Under the pieces are notes generated by a model. That model searched no databases, was not told the DNA's origin, and saw nothing but the letters and a program-made list of their open reading frames with translations. Positions 26,343 to 37,286 of a stretch of 64,000 nt of DNA are shown one piece after another. Source of the stretch: Folioceros fuciformis (lineage: Eukaryota); the NCBI GenBank assembly GCA_049999805.1, contig JBNGIO010006224.1, forward strand, positions 1-64,000, read 5' to 3'. Within the stretch, counting starts at the first letter, position 1; every line of letters begins with the position of its first letter. A program made the position numbers and the translations under genes.

Positions 26343-29300
26343 ATGGATCGGAATGGGAGCCCGATTTACTCCAGGCAGATGAGCAGGACAGGCAGCAACT
26401 CCGCCGCCTCGTCTCCTGCGCACCCGTCGCAGCTCCGGTCTTCTGCCGTGGGACCTGGCAGGAGGAGCAATTATGCAGCTAAGGCCGCCGCAGCCCGGCT
26501 GGCGCAGGCGCAGGCTNNNNNNNNNNNNNNNNNNNNNNNNNNNNNNNNNNNNNNNNNNNNNNNNNNNNNNNNNNNNNNNNNNNNNNNNNNNNNNNNNNNN
26601 NNNNNNNNNNNNNNNNGGCTATGTCTGCACAGCATAAGGAGGATGACGAAGACGACGACTTCCGCTACGGTGGCTCCAGTTACGGGAGCAGTCGAAGATC
26701 CGAGTCTCCTCAGGTACAGGACTCGAGTGCCTTGCGTCTGAGGAAACTGCCTGTGCGGGCTCTCGGCCCGAAAAGCGCACTGGGCATTTGGCATGCCTGA
26801 TCTCTGTGCGGATCGGTCTCGCTTCGGTACTTGACGTTGATGTTTTTCGAGCCTCTCTATCCTTCGGGATTGTTGCGTTTCTTTCGTCAAGTGTGATCGG
26901 GCTGGAGATGGACGTTGTGCTTCTACCGACTCTTTTCCTTGTCTTGTGGTTCACGATATTCCCAATTTTCCAGCTTGGAGGGAGCTTGTCTGAGTCATCC
27001 AGGATCCGAGCCTCAGCAGTTACGAGACCTTCTGTTGTCCGTCCAGCTCCTTTGGTTGGTCCTACAGCATCGTTGATTCGGCCGAAACCAGTGTCCTTGA
27101 ATTCACGGCTACCAGAACCGGCGATGGAACCAGTGGTTGACTTGAGACATCGGGACATTGATGTCCGTCCTAGTCAGCTTGAAAATCGAAACAGGGAGAT
27201 GAATGTGCGTAGAAGGTGCATATTGTTTTCTACTACTCAGGCTGTCAGAAGTGCTGGTATACCTGTGGGGTTACTAGGGCAGTTATGCGGTGACCACAGT
27301 GTTGTGTATGAACTCTCAGCTTTTAACTGTATTCATGGGTTCAAATTGACATTGGCAGATTTTTGGATTCCCAGAGTCTCAGGCAGCAACCAGAGACCGG
27401 AGGGTCTCGGGAGAATGCGGCGTTGATGGATGAGGTGAGTCTGGGCACTCATCGCTGGAAAGCCCTTCAGCTTCCTTCGAAGTTTCACCAGTTATCGGGT
27501 CACCTTACACCTTACACCTTACTCGAATCTTCTTAGCTCTGCCTTAGTGCCAGACTCTCCTCTCTTAAGAATAAGAGGAAATGATGAAATCGCTTTCATG
27601 GTTTGTCGTTTGTCACAGATTGACCAACTGGAGGAAGAAAATGCGATAATGCAAGAGAAGGTATGCTTCCCTCTTTTTGGATGTCGTCCAGTGGGATATT
27701 GCTCCAATGGTGATTCGATTGTTTTCGTGTACTGTGCGCCTTCCGTTAGAGCCAGTTCTGAGTGCTCAGTGGGACTGTTCAGCTCCGATTGGCTGAAGAA
27801 AGAGCACTGGAAGTTGAAGCCCGTACAAAGGAACTGGAAAAACAGGTTCGAGATCCAATCGCTTCTAGCTATTGCTTTTGTTGATGATGTAAGATGTTCA
27901 AGTGTATTTTACTGTAGTTTTTGATCTTATCAGGTTGCGTCCATGGGAGAAGGCTTATCAATGGAAGCCCGACTTTTAAGCAGGTAGGTTTTACAATTTC
28001 AATCTTGGTCTTCAGGTTTTCACTTATGTCAGGCGAATGGCTATGCATTGTTGGAGGGTCTTTCCTCAACATAATGACGGTTGTGAGGAGCTTAGAGATA
28101 TGCCCCTAAACTTTGCTAGAGCATCACAGACTCTCTGGATCCTGTAAAGAGGAAGGAGAATGAATGTGTGCTGCCTTCTCAGCAGTCTTCAGTTTGCTTA
28201 GTTCTTGAAGGTAGCAACTGATCTCAATTATGTGCATGACCCCACCTCGTGTCATCTTTTCCATTATGGAACCGATTTGAGAGTCTTTGCGTTTTTGTAG
28301 CGAGTGCAGTGACATTTCTTTTGGCTCTTGCAGGAAGGAGGCTTTCTTGCGACAGCGGGAGGTAAGGCTGATACATGCTGTAGGGTGTTCCTGAATTTCT
28401 CTGGAACGACAGTGTTAGGACGTGGCCTACGTGAGAACCCAAGCCAGAAGCTAGGGTACATATTTTACAGTCTTGCAATGGGGTCTTTTGTGGATCCCTG
28501 ATGTGACATCTGTTGTTCTTTCTATTCAGGCTGAACTGAAGGCTGCGAAAGAGCAGTCCAAGGATGTCAAGGATGACGAGATTGCTGCTCTTCGTCTAGA
28601 AACTGAGGTATTTCATGTGATGCTGATGTTTGTCTGCACCCTCAGATGTAGTTTGCCACTAGTAGCCCCCTGCATAACTGGGTGTGGTGCAGGTCGTACC
28701 TCTGACTCAATTGGGTTTTCTCCTCAGGCTGCTAGGGACGAGGCCATGGCTGCGTCACAAGCAGCCAGTGAGGCCGAGGTGGAAGTGAAAGCTCTGCGCA
28801 CCATGACTCATAGGATGATCTTGACTCAGGAGGAAATGGTTGGCGTTGTGACGTGAAATATCAAGCCTACATGTTATATTCAAACAAGATCTTGCCATGC
28901 TTGCTCATGCTTATCAATTTCCATGAGGACAATTATGTAGTAAGAGAACTCCATTGCATGCTCAGGAAGAAGTCGTATTGAAGCGCTGCTGGCTAGCTCG
29001 CTACTGGGGCTTAGCTGCTCACCATGGTGAGATAGTGGGTCGATTACTCGTCATCAACCTTGCAGTTGTGTTGCCACAGACATCTGATGACAGTTCTTGA
29101 CTTTTTACGATTGGGTGCAAAGCAGGTGTACACGCAGAAATTGCGAGTACCAAACATGACCATTGGTCGTCCTTGGCACCTCTTCCCTTAGAAGTAGTAC
29201 TTTCTGCTGGCCAAAAGGCAAAAGAAGCCCCTGCTCCAGTTGATGCTGACGGTGAGTGTCATTTGTGTTGATGCTTCAGTCCATTTGCGAAGAGAGGCCG

Positions 29301-30393
29301 CTATTCTGTTTGGCTGTGCCACATGTTTTATTTGGTTTATCACAGCAGGTAATGGTGTTTGTAGATGGTGGACACGGCTTGGCTAGGAAGTCGAAGTTCG
29401 TTCGGGATGTCAATGACATAACTGGAGAAGGAAATATTGAAAGCATGCTTGCTGTGGAGAAGGGTCTACGTGAGCTCGCTTATCTAAAAGTAATGTAGTA
29501 TAAGTTTCGGGCGGATGCTCAAAATTGTAAGATCATATCTTCAATGGCCAGGCCTGAGTAGTGTTGTCACCTTTCAGGTTGAAGAAGCAGTCAAATTGGC
29601 TATGGCTGAACACCGGCGACCTTTTGTGCGCGTAGGAACATCTGGTGAGTTGGTCAGGTTTTCAGCTTGTCTTGTGAGATTTACAGGTGTGCTCAGAGCA
29701 AGTATTGTGGTCTTTACCCACAATGACTGAAAGTGATCTTTATTGCAGAGCCAAAACCTGGAGACCAGCCGAAACTGTTGGAGGCGTTGGGTATGTTTTT
29801 TTCTTTGTTGTCCGCTTCTTCCCTTTTCTCGCAGTCATATGCTTTGTAGTGCATAGTAAGCAGATGAGCCAACCTCGTTTGAGATTCGCCAAGCGAATTT
29901 CCTTGCTGTGAATGGGCTCAATCGTTCCTCCATGCAGACCTGAGCAGGGAAGAGATCGAGGACATGCAATTTAGAGAGGTAGGCTCGTTACTGTGTTTAC
30001 CTTGTCAGAAATCGTCACATAAAAAATATTCTACTGGACAATCAAGAACACTGAGGACCCTTGCAGGCTTGGTTGATATATTTCTGGCGACGGGCAAAGA
30101 CTAGTGGAGTTGAGTCTGACATCTCTGATGATAGACTTCAGTATTGGATTGCTCACAGCTCGCAGCCACCCACATCTCATCATGCCGTTGACGGTAGGTA
30201 GCCCTGGACTTGAGATGGTCATTTCCACGTGAGTTACCGTCCTATCTCACGTTTGGTTTATTTGGATGCAGTCGAAAGAGGATTGATTGAGCTACGAAAA
30301 CTGGGCATAGAGGAGCAACTGTGGGAAGTGTCTCGCAAAGAAATCGCACAAGAAGCAGCGAATCAAAAAATCGAGATTGATGGAGTGCCTTGA
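26343..30393 (+). CDS. SCD2: Coiled-coil protein SCD2 (stomatal cytokinesis defective 2) homolog, multi-exon
   Basis: [137 protein letters not shown]. Stop at 30391-30393. Confidence 0.93.
26517..26616. other. Assembly gap (100 N) inside SCD2 exon 1
   Basis: Run of 100 N. Confidence 1.
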
Positions 30394-31240
30394 TCGAGAT
30401 TCTCGGATTATAGTATCCCCAAAACAATTACATACAATAGTTGGTTCTTTCCAGAAAATGAAGACATAGTGTGCTGTTACTTGCCTTGAGCAGAAACCCA
30501 AGTACGTAGACAAGTAGATGACTTAGCTTGCAGTTTGAGACACGGGGGCTGCCTATTTTGGCAGAGTAATGCTTGGTATGCAGAAATGTTGCACAGGCGC
30601 TGCGCTCCCACGAAGGAAGCGCAACGGCCTCCCCGGTTCCGGAGCAACGGAGCCAGGGCGAGCGTGGCGTGATCTGAATGGTGGCGTAGAAGGGCTCGCA
30701 TCCCAGCTGAGATCCCGCACCCGACGTGTCTGTATGAGAATGTGTCTCCTGTGATGGGGGACAGCCGTTTCGGGTGTGGACGGAAGGCTTGAGGCGCGGT
30801 CTTGCCTCGAAGCCGCCACTTATTGCGCGTATCGTACGTCTCGTCGGTTGCAGTAATAAAGAAAGAAATGCGGTGGTTAATGACGCGGAGTTGGAAGCCG
30901 TGGCCCGGTGAATGATAGCATAGAATTCTAAATATGTAACACATTAGAGAGTTATGTTGTATTATTAATCGTTGTTCCACCTTCCTGGCTTACATATTGC
31001 TCGTTCCAAGCACCAGTTGACGGTCTCTGCTTCACCAAAGGTGGCCGCGCCTTGAGCGATTCCACCCTTCTCGGTGCTTCATCTTGCCACTACCTCGAGT
31101 TCTCCGTCTCGTGCCCAGGTTGCAGATCCGAGTGCGTGACCGTTGGCTGTGCATTTTGTAGCAGGAGTGGGAGCGGGGGCGTCGCACGTTGCGCAGTGTC
31201 GTGCTGCAAGGGTCACAAGGTGTCTGCACTGAAGAAAACC

Positions 31241-34164
31241 ATGGCGGGGGCGGCTCGTGTGCCGCTGTTGCTGCTGCTGCTCCTGGCGGGGGTGGCGCCG
31301 CCGGCGCTGGTTCAGGGCTTCATTCCCATCCACACATTCCAGGAGCAGCACGGCGAGCACCCTAGTTTGGACGGGGACGCCTGGCGGAGATCTAGCTCTG
31401 TGAATGGGGCCGGGGTTGGGCCCGGGGACCTGCACCCGCTGCACCACGGACCCAAGTCCTTCCACCACAATTTCATCCACCGGCGGGGAAAGTCGTTGCT
31501 GGAAGATGCCCCGGGTAGGGTGTGTTGCGGTGCCGTGGAGTGGGGTTGGGTCGTGTAAGGGTTTGGCTGTTGTTCTGAGTGTTTCGTGTATGTGCATGCT
31601 AATTTGGATGCGCAGGCGAGGAGCGGGGTTTGGAGATCCATCCTACTTGGCGACGCCGGTATCATGGCGAGCATCACCGACATGCAGAGCGTCACCACGG
31701 CGATGTCGGGCTTGTCGGGGAGCATCCTAGGCACCGGGATGACCATGCAGGGTTCCATGAGCATCACAGGCGGGAGAGGTTGCCGGCTCGGATTATGCAG
31801 GAGAGAGAATGGCGAGAGGGTCCTCCTCGTGTTGGCCATCGGAGGCATGCTGGGTTCCCTCACGGCGCTAAGCACTGGGGCGCTCATCGGGCTGGACGGG
31901 ACCTCGGGGGAGGTGAGTTTCGTCATTTTCGTGACACCGGACGTCCGTATCAGGCGAGGGGCCCGGCCGGCATCTGGGATAGTTTCAAGTCTAAGCTGGC
32001 TTACGGGGCCTCCTCCGTTGCTGCTAAGATCCAGTCCGCGGGAAACCAACTGGTGCGTAACCCACCGTTTGCATTGCCGTGGCCATGCACCGTGCTTGAT
32101 GGTCGCTCCTGAAGCTTGCTCGCTCGGAAGTGAGCGAATGTTGAAAGTTGGGACATTTTGTGGTATGTGGCAGAGGAACTGGGTGTCGCGATCTCGCCCA
32201 AGGGTCGCCCCAACAGTATCCTTCGCTGCCGAGCCTCTGTGGCTCAATGCACCGTCGAGTGGCACATGTACAGACCCGGACGCCAAGTACCGTGATTTAC
32301 TCTTCAAGGTCTTGAGGGATATGTCGTTGCCCACAACAGCAGGGGCTTCGTGTAGCGGTATGCTAGTCTCCACTGCAGGGCTCGGTCTTGGGGTCGTGAA
32401 GATGTATCACATCTTAACGTTTTTCCTGTAATGCTGCAGAAACGTTGGAGTTGCCGACCAGACAGCTCATGCACACCCTTAAGCGTCGATTGAAAGCTTC
32501 TTGCAGCGAGGACTTGGAAGTGGGTTGTGAACAAAATGATGTATGTCCGATAGTGTTCCTCACTGATGCTGCGTTTACGTGTTGGTTGTTTCGGTGCTCC
32601 TATTTACCCCCGTCTTACGTGTTTCACCCTTCAGCATAGCTGATGTGATGTATATTGCCTCTTTTGTTGACTTTTTCAGTGCAACTTCATCAAGAAACAT
32701 TCACGAATGGCAACTGCGATGCTCTTGAGCAAGTTTCACATAGATCCACTCTCCGTTATCAACTCGACTTGCAGGCCCGAAGACATTTCTGACATCTCAC
32801 GGAATATCGATCATGTGAGCCTGATCCTTCTTTTAAAGTAGTTTATGCACATCCCCGAACTAGCTCGTTGCCTCTGGATTCTACTCCAATCTTCCTTTTG
32901 TCCTTCAGTAAACTTGAGTGCCTACGTGGCTCTTAATACCTCCATGTGCATGTGCCAGCTAAGTCGACGCGTTCGTGCCTCAATGGACTCTCTTCCCGTC
33001 GAAAGTATTGTGGAAAACCACGTTAATGTCGATGAAGTGAAACCTGTCTGTGAAGGTGAGCTTGTCTGGCAGGATCTGCATTTCTGTAGTACCGAAGATT
33101 GTGTGCAACCTGTCTACCAAGGTTCCTCTCTCGTTTGGTCGTCAACATGTGCTCCATGTATGACGTGGCAGTGTGTCTTAAGCAAAACTTCCATAAACTC
33201 AAGGAGACGTTCAGCGAGCAGTTGTTGCAGACGTGTCGACAAGCAGCTTGTCCAAAGTTGAAAGATGCTGTAAGTTCTCCTGATGCTCTCTTGACAAGAG
33301 GTTGTTGATCGGTTCTGATGTTGCAGTTAATAGCATTGCGTCACTACCAAACGAGAGCCAACTTGTTCCTTGCAGTGTGACTTTATCAGGGATCACAGGG
33401 TTCTTGGACGCACATTTCTTCTGATGACGTTCAAGCCATGGTTGAAAGTAGCACAGTCCTGTGCTAACTCTTGCCTACGGTCTCCTTTGCCAGTTTCACT
33501 GATGACATCAACGGCCATGTCTAGTGTGGAAGAAGGAGCTCCATCCTGGCAGAATCTGCGTCGCCAACCCTCTCAGCCGGGTACTTTTAACTGGCACAGG
33601 GTCATGCAACTGAGGGGATTTGTGTCCAGTGATGCACTGGAGTTGTCAACACTAACTGACAGTATGGGAAATGTCAGCAGTCATCCACGCTTTGTGATTG
33701 TTGAGTTCGTGAGGCCTAAGCCTGTCTCATTTCGCGAACTGATGGCAATTCTACGTCTCCCGGTGGATGTGAAACTGGAGGATGAGTATAAACAGGTTGA
33801 CAACCTCCCTGTGGAAGACACGGAGGGCAATGCGACTGGTGCCTCGAAGGAGGCATCTATCACCGTGAACCAGGATTTGGTGGTTGGAGGGGAGGCACTC
33901 TCTAAACAGCTGCTGCCTCCTCAGGCTGATGATCAGTTTGTTTCAGGTAGTGGTGATCAACCCAACGACGAACCTTTGAAGGAAACCGGTCTACTGCCGG
34001 CGCTCGAACCTTTGAAGGAACGATTCAGCGTTGTCTTCCGTAAATGGGTCCCCTCCACTCTCCTGCCTGATGGCTCGATTGCTCTGCCTGCTAACAATGA
34101 AGGACAGGCGGCATTATCAGCTGAATCCTCCGAACAGGCTGGCGTGACTAGGGCTGATATGTGA
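31241..34164 (+). CDS. Uncharacterised secreted protein: signal peptide, His/Arg-rich region, two Cys-containing (saposin-like?) repeats, acidic tail
   Basis: Signal peptide MAGAARVPLLLLLLLAGVAPPALVQG. In-phase GT-AG exons 31241-31514, 31616-32052, 32174-32357, 32440-32540, 32680-32814, 32959-33055, 33172-33269 and 33376-34164. I recognise no family with certainty. Confidence 0.75.
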
Positions 34165-34684
34165 GCAGTTCCTGGTTGCCACTGTAGTACAGCGTAGCTT
34201 TGTTTCACAGATGGAAAGTTTATGCCCGTCTTCCGTGTTGCTGGCATTTGTACAGGGTCGGGCGGTATGCTCTCAACGTCTATTTCAAGGTCTCTCGGAT
34301 GTCCTCTACATTTCTCTTTGGTTTTGGGCTCTGACTGTCGCCCGTGTGGTAGCCTTTGTCTGTATAACAGTCGATAGTATGGCAGATTTTCAGTGAGGAG
34401 GTATCTCATGATACGTAGTAGTATATTGTAGTGTCATAAATATATTAGTATATTGTAGTGTTGTGAGTATATGAATGGAGGAAACTGTGTGTTATGTGTA
34501 CATACAGGCTGCTGAATTAGTACAGATGAAATCTAAAAGTATATTGTTGAATATGGCCAAGGGTATATTATAATACGCAGTCAGGAATTTCTGAATCATT
34601 ATATCTCACAAACTTTGTAGTAAAACGAAGTTTTGAATATGGTACCACTTAATTCTTTTTGAATCAATATAATAGAAATATGAT

Positions 34685-36830
34685 GTATCTAAAGAGTGTA
34701 GTGGTACTTAGAGGCCTTCTTAAAAGAGTTATGTAAAGAGTCTAGTGGTACTTAGAGGTCTTCTTTAAAGGGTTCTCTAAAGGGTATAGTAGTACTTAGA
34801 GGCCTTCTCTAAAAGGGTCTTCTATGCAGGGTGTGGGATTACTTAGAGGTCTTCTATGTAGGGTGTAAGATTACTTAGAGGTCTCCTATGCAGGGTGTAG
34901 GATTACTTAGAGGTCTTCTATGCAGGGTGTAGGTTTACTTAAAGGTCTTCGGATTACTTGGAGGTCTTCTATGTAGGGTGTAGGATTACTTAAAGGTCTT
35001 CTATGCAGGGTGAAGGATTACTTAGAGGTCTTCTATGCAGGGTGTAGTAGTACTTAGATCATTACTCTAAAGGGTGTAGCATTACTGAAGGGTGTAACTA
35101 GACTTAGGACTAAAGGACGTGGCATTACTAAAGGGTGTAGTAGGATTTAGTACTAAAGGGTGTAGCAGTCCTTAGATCGGTTCACTAAAGGATGTAGCAG
35201 TACTTAGATAGGTTCTATAAAGCGTGTAGCAATAACTAAAGGGTATAGCAGTACTTAAATTGGTTCGCTAAAGAGTGTAGCAATGACTAAGGGGTGTAGC
35301 AGTACTTAGATTGGTTCTGTGAAGGGTGTAGCAGTACTTAGAATCGGAGTAGTAGTACTTACATAGGTTCTCTAAAGGGTGCAGCAATAACTAAAGGGTA
35401 CATGTAGCAGTACTTAGAAAGGGTGTAGTACTACTTAGATCGGTTCTTTAAAAGGTGTAGCAAAAATTAGATTAGTTCTTTAAAGGGAAGGTAGGGTTCT
35501 TGAAAGGGTGTAGGATTACTTAAGTGTAACAATACTTAGATTGGTTCTTTAAAGGGAAGGTTGAGTTCTCGGAAGGGTGTAGCATTACTTAAGTGTAACA
35601 ATACTTAGATTGGTTCTCTACAAGGGAAGCTTGGGTTCTCTAAAGGGTGTAGCATTATTTAATAGTAGCAATACTTAGATTGGTTCTCCGAAGGGAAGGT
35701 TGGGTTCTCTAAAGGGTGTAGCATTACTTAAGTGTAGCAATACTTCGATATGTTCTCTCAAGGGAAGGCTGGGTTCTCTAAAGGGTGTAGCAATACTCAG
35801 ATCAGTTCTCTATAGGAAAGTTTGGATCCTGAGGCTGCACCAATACTTGGATGGGCTGCCTACTCACTAAAGGGAAGGTTGAATATTGAGGTTGCATTGG
35901 TACTTAGATAGGTTGCCTAAAAAGAGAAGGCTCAATCCTAAGGTTGTATCATTATTTAGAGCTTCCGTTGAATCTTGAGGTTGTAGTGGTATTTCAATGT
36001 GTTGCCTAAAAAGAGAAGTTGAATCCTGAGGTTGTATTAGTATTAAGAGCCCTTGTTGAATCTTGAGGTTATATTCGTACTTAGATGGGTTGCCTAAAGA
36101 CAAGGTTGAATCTTGATGTTGTATCAGTACTAAGAGCCTTGTTAAATCTTGGGGTTGTATTGGTACTTAAACGACAAGCTTAAAGGAAAGGTTGAATTGA
36201 CACTCAAATGGGGTGCTTCAAGGCCTTGGTGCTTAGATGGGCCCCATCTAAGCACCAAGGCACCGTGTGCCTAAAAGCTTAGTGCTTAAATGAGTTGCAA
36301 GTAGAGACGTGGTGCTTGAAGGCTCAATGTTTAGATGGGTGTCTAAAGGCTTAGTGCTTAGATGAGATGCAAGTAAAGATGAGGTGCTTGAAGGCTTAGT
36401 GCTTAGATGGGTTTCTAAAGGCTTGGTGCTTAGGTGAGGTGCAAGTAGACATGGTGTGCTTGAAGGCCCTTGGAGCTAGTAGAGTTGGGGTGCATGAAGG
36501 CTTGTTGAGCAAGGAGACATAGCATGCTTGAAGGCCCTTGGAGCTAGTAGAGTTAGGGTGCATGAAGGCTTGTTGAGCAAGGAGACATAGCATGCTTGAA
36601 GGCCCTTGGAGCAATTAGAGTCGGGTGTGTGAAGGCCCATGGAGCAAGTACAACTGGGATGCATGAAGGCCCTTGGACCAAATGGAGGTAGGGTGCCTAA
36701 CACTCCTTAGAGCAAGTAGAGATGGGGTGCCTAACTACCCTTAAAGCACCTAGAGATGAGGTGCCTAACAACCCTTAGAGCAAGTAGAGATGGGGGTACC
36801 TAAAGGCCCTTAGAATAAGTAGTTAGGCAA
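34685..36830. repeat. Compound degenerate tandem-repeat array (32-, ~69- and 68-bp sub-arrays)
   Basis: 32-mer GGGTGTAGGATTACTTAGAGGTCTTCTATGCA (about 34828-35060). ~69-bp unit starting at 35503, 35572, 35642, 35711 and 35780. 68-bp unit at 36458, 36526 and 36594. Related TACTTAGA/GCTTAGA cores occur throughout. Confidence 0.9.
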
Positions 36831-37286
36831 ACCATGCTTATTGTTATGTTAAGTACCAAGTAGAACTACATAAATCGATCCTTAGTGGACTTTAATTGCA
36901 TTCTCTTCTTCTCCTAGTTGGCATAAGTGTAAACATTTTGTGAATATACTTAGTAAAAAGGTTAGTCCCATAACATTTCAAACGGCCTTTGCATCAAACC
37001 AACCAAATATGAGAATAGACTTCGTCACAAATGCTGCTGCTCCAATTTATGTACTTTTAAGACGTGTGCGTGAATGATGAAGACATTTTGGAGAGTGTGA
37101 AGCTGACAAGCCGCTGCTGGAATGGTGTGGCTCTCAGCGGGTGGCGTGGGGATACTAAGTCGGGACTGCAAGGAAACGACCCAAGAAGAGGCTCGTGTGT
37201 TGAGCATGGCTCTAGGCTGGTATCAATTCAGTGCCTTTTACCTCCTTGACACACGAGAATGTGCGCAAGCCCACAGGCATGACACA

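Noticed and set aside
31312-32431. Long ORFs 31312-32373 (-) and 31586-32431 (+, alternative frame for its first half)
   Set aside because: These are shadow ORFs of the GC-rich His-rich exon. Splice phases from the signal-peptide exon select the His-rich frame.
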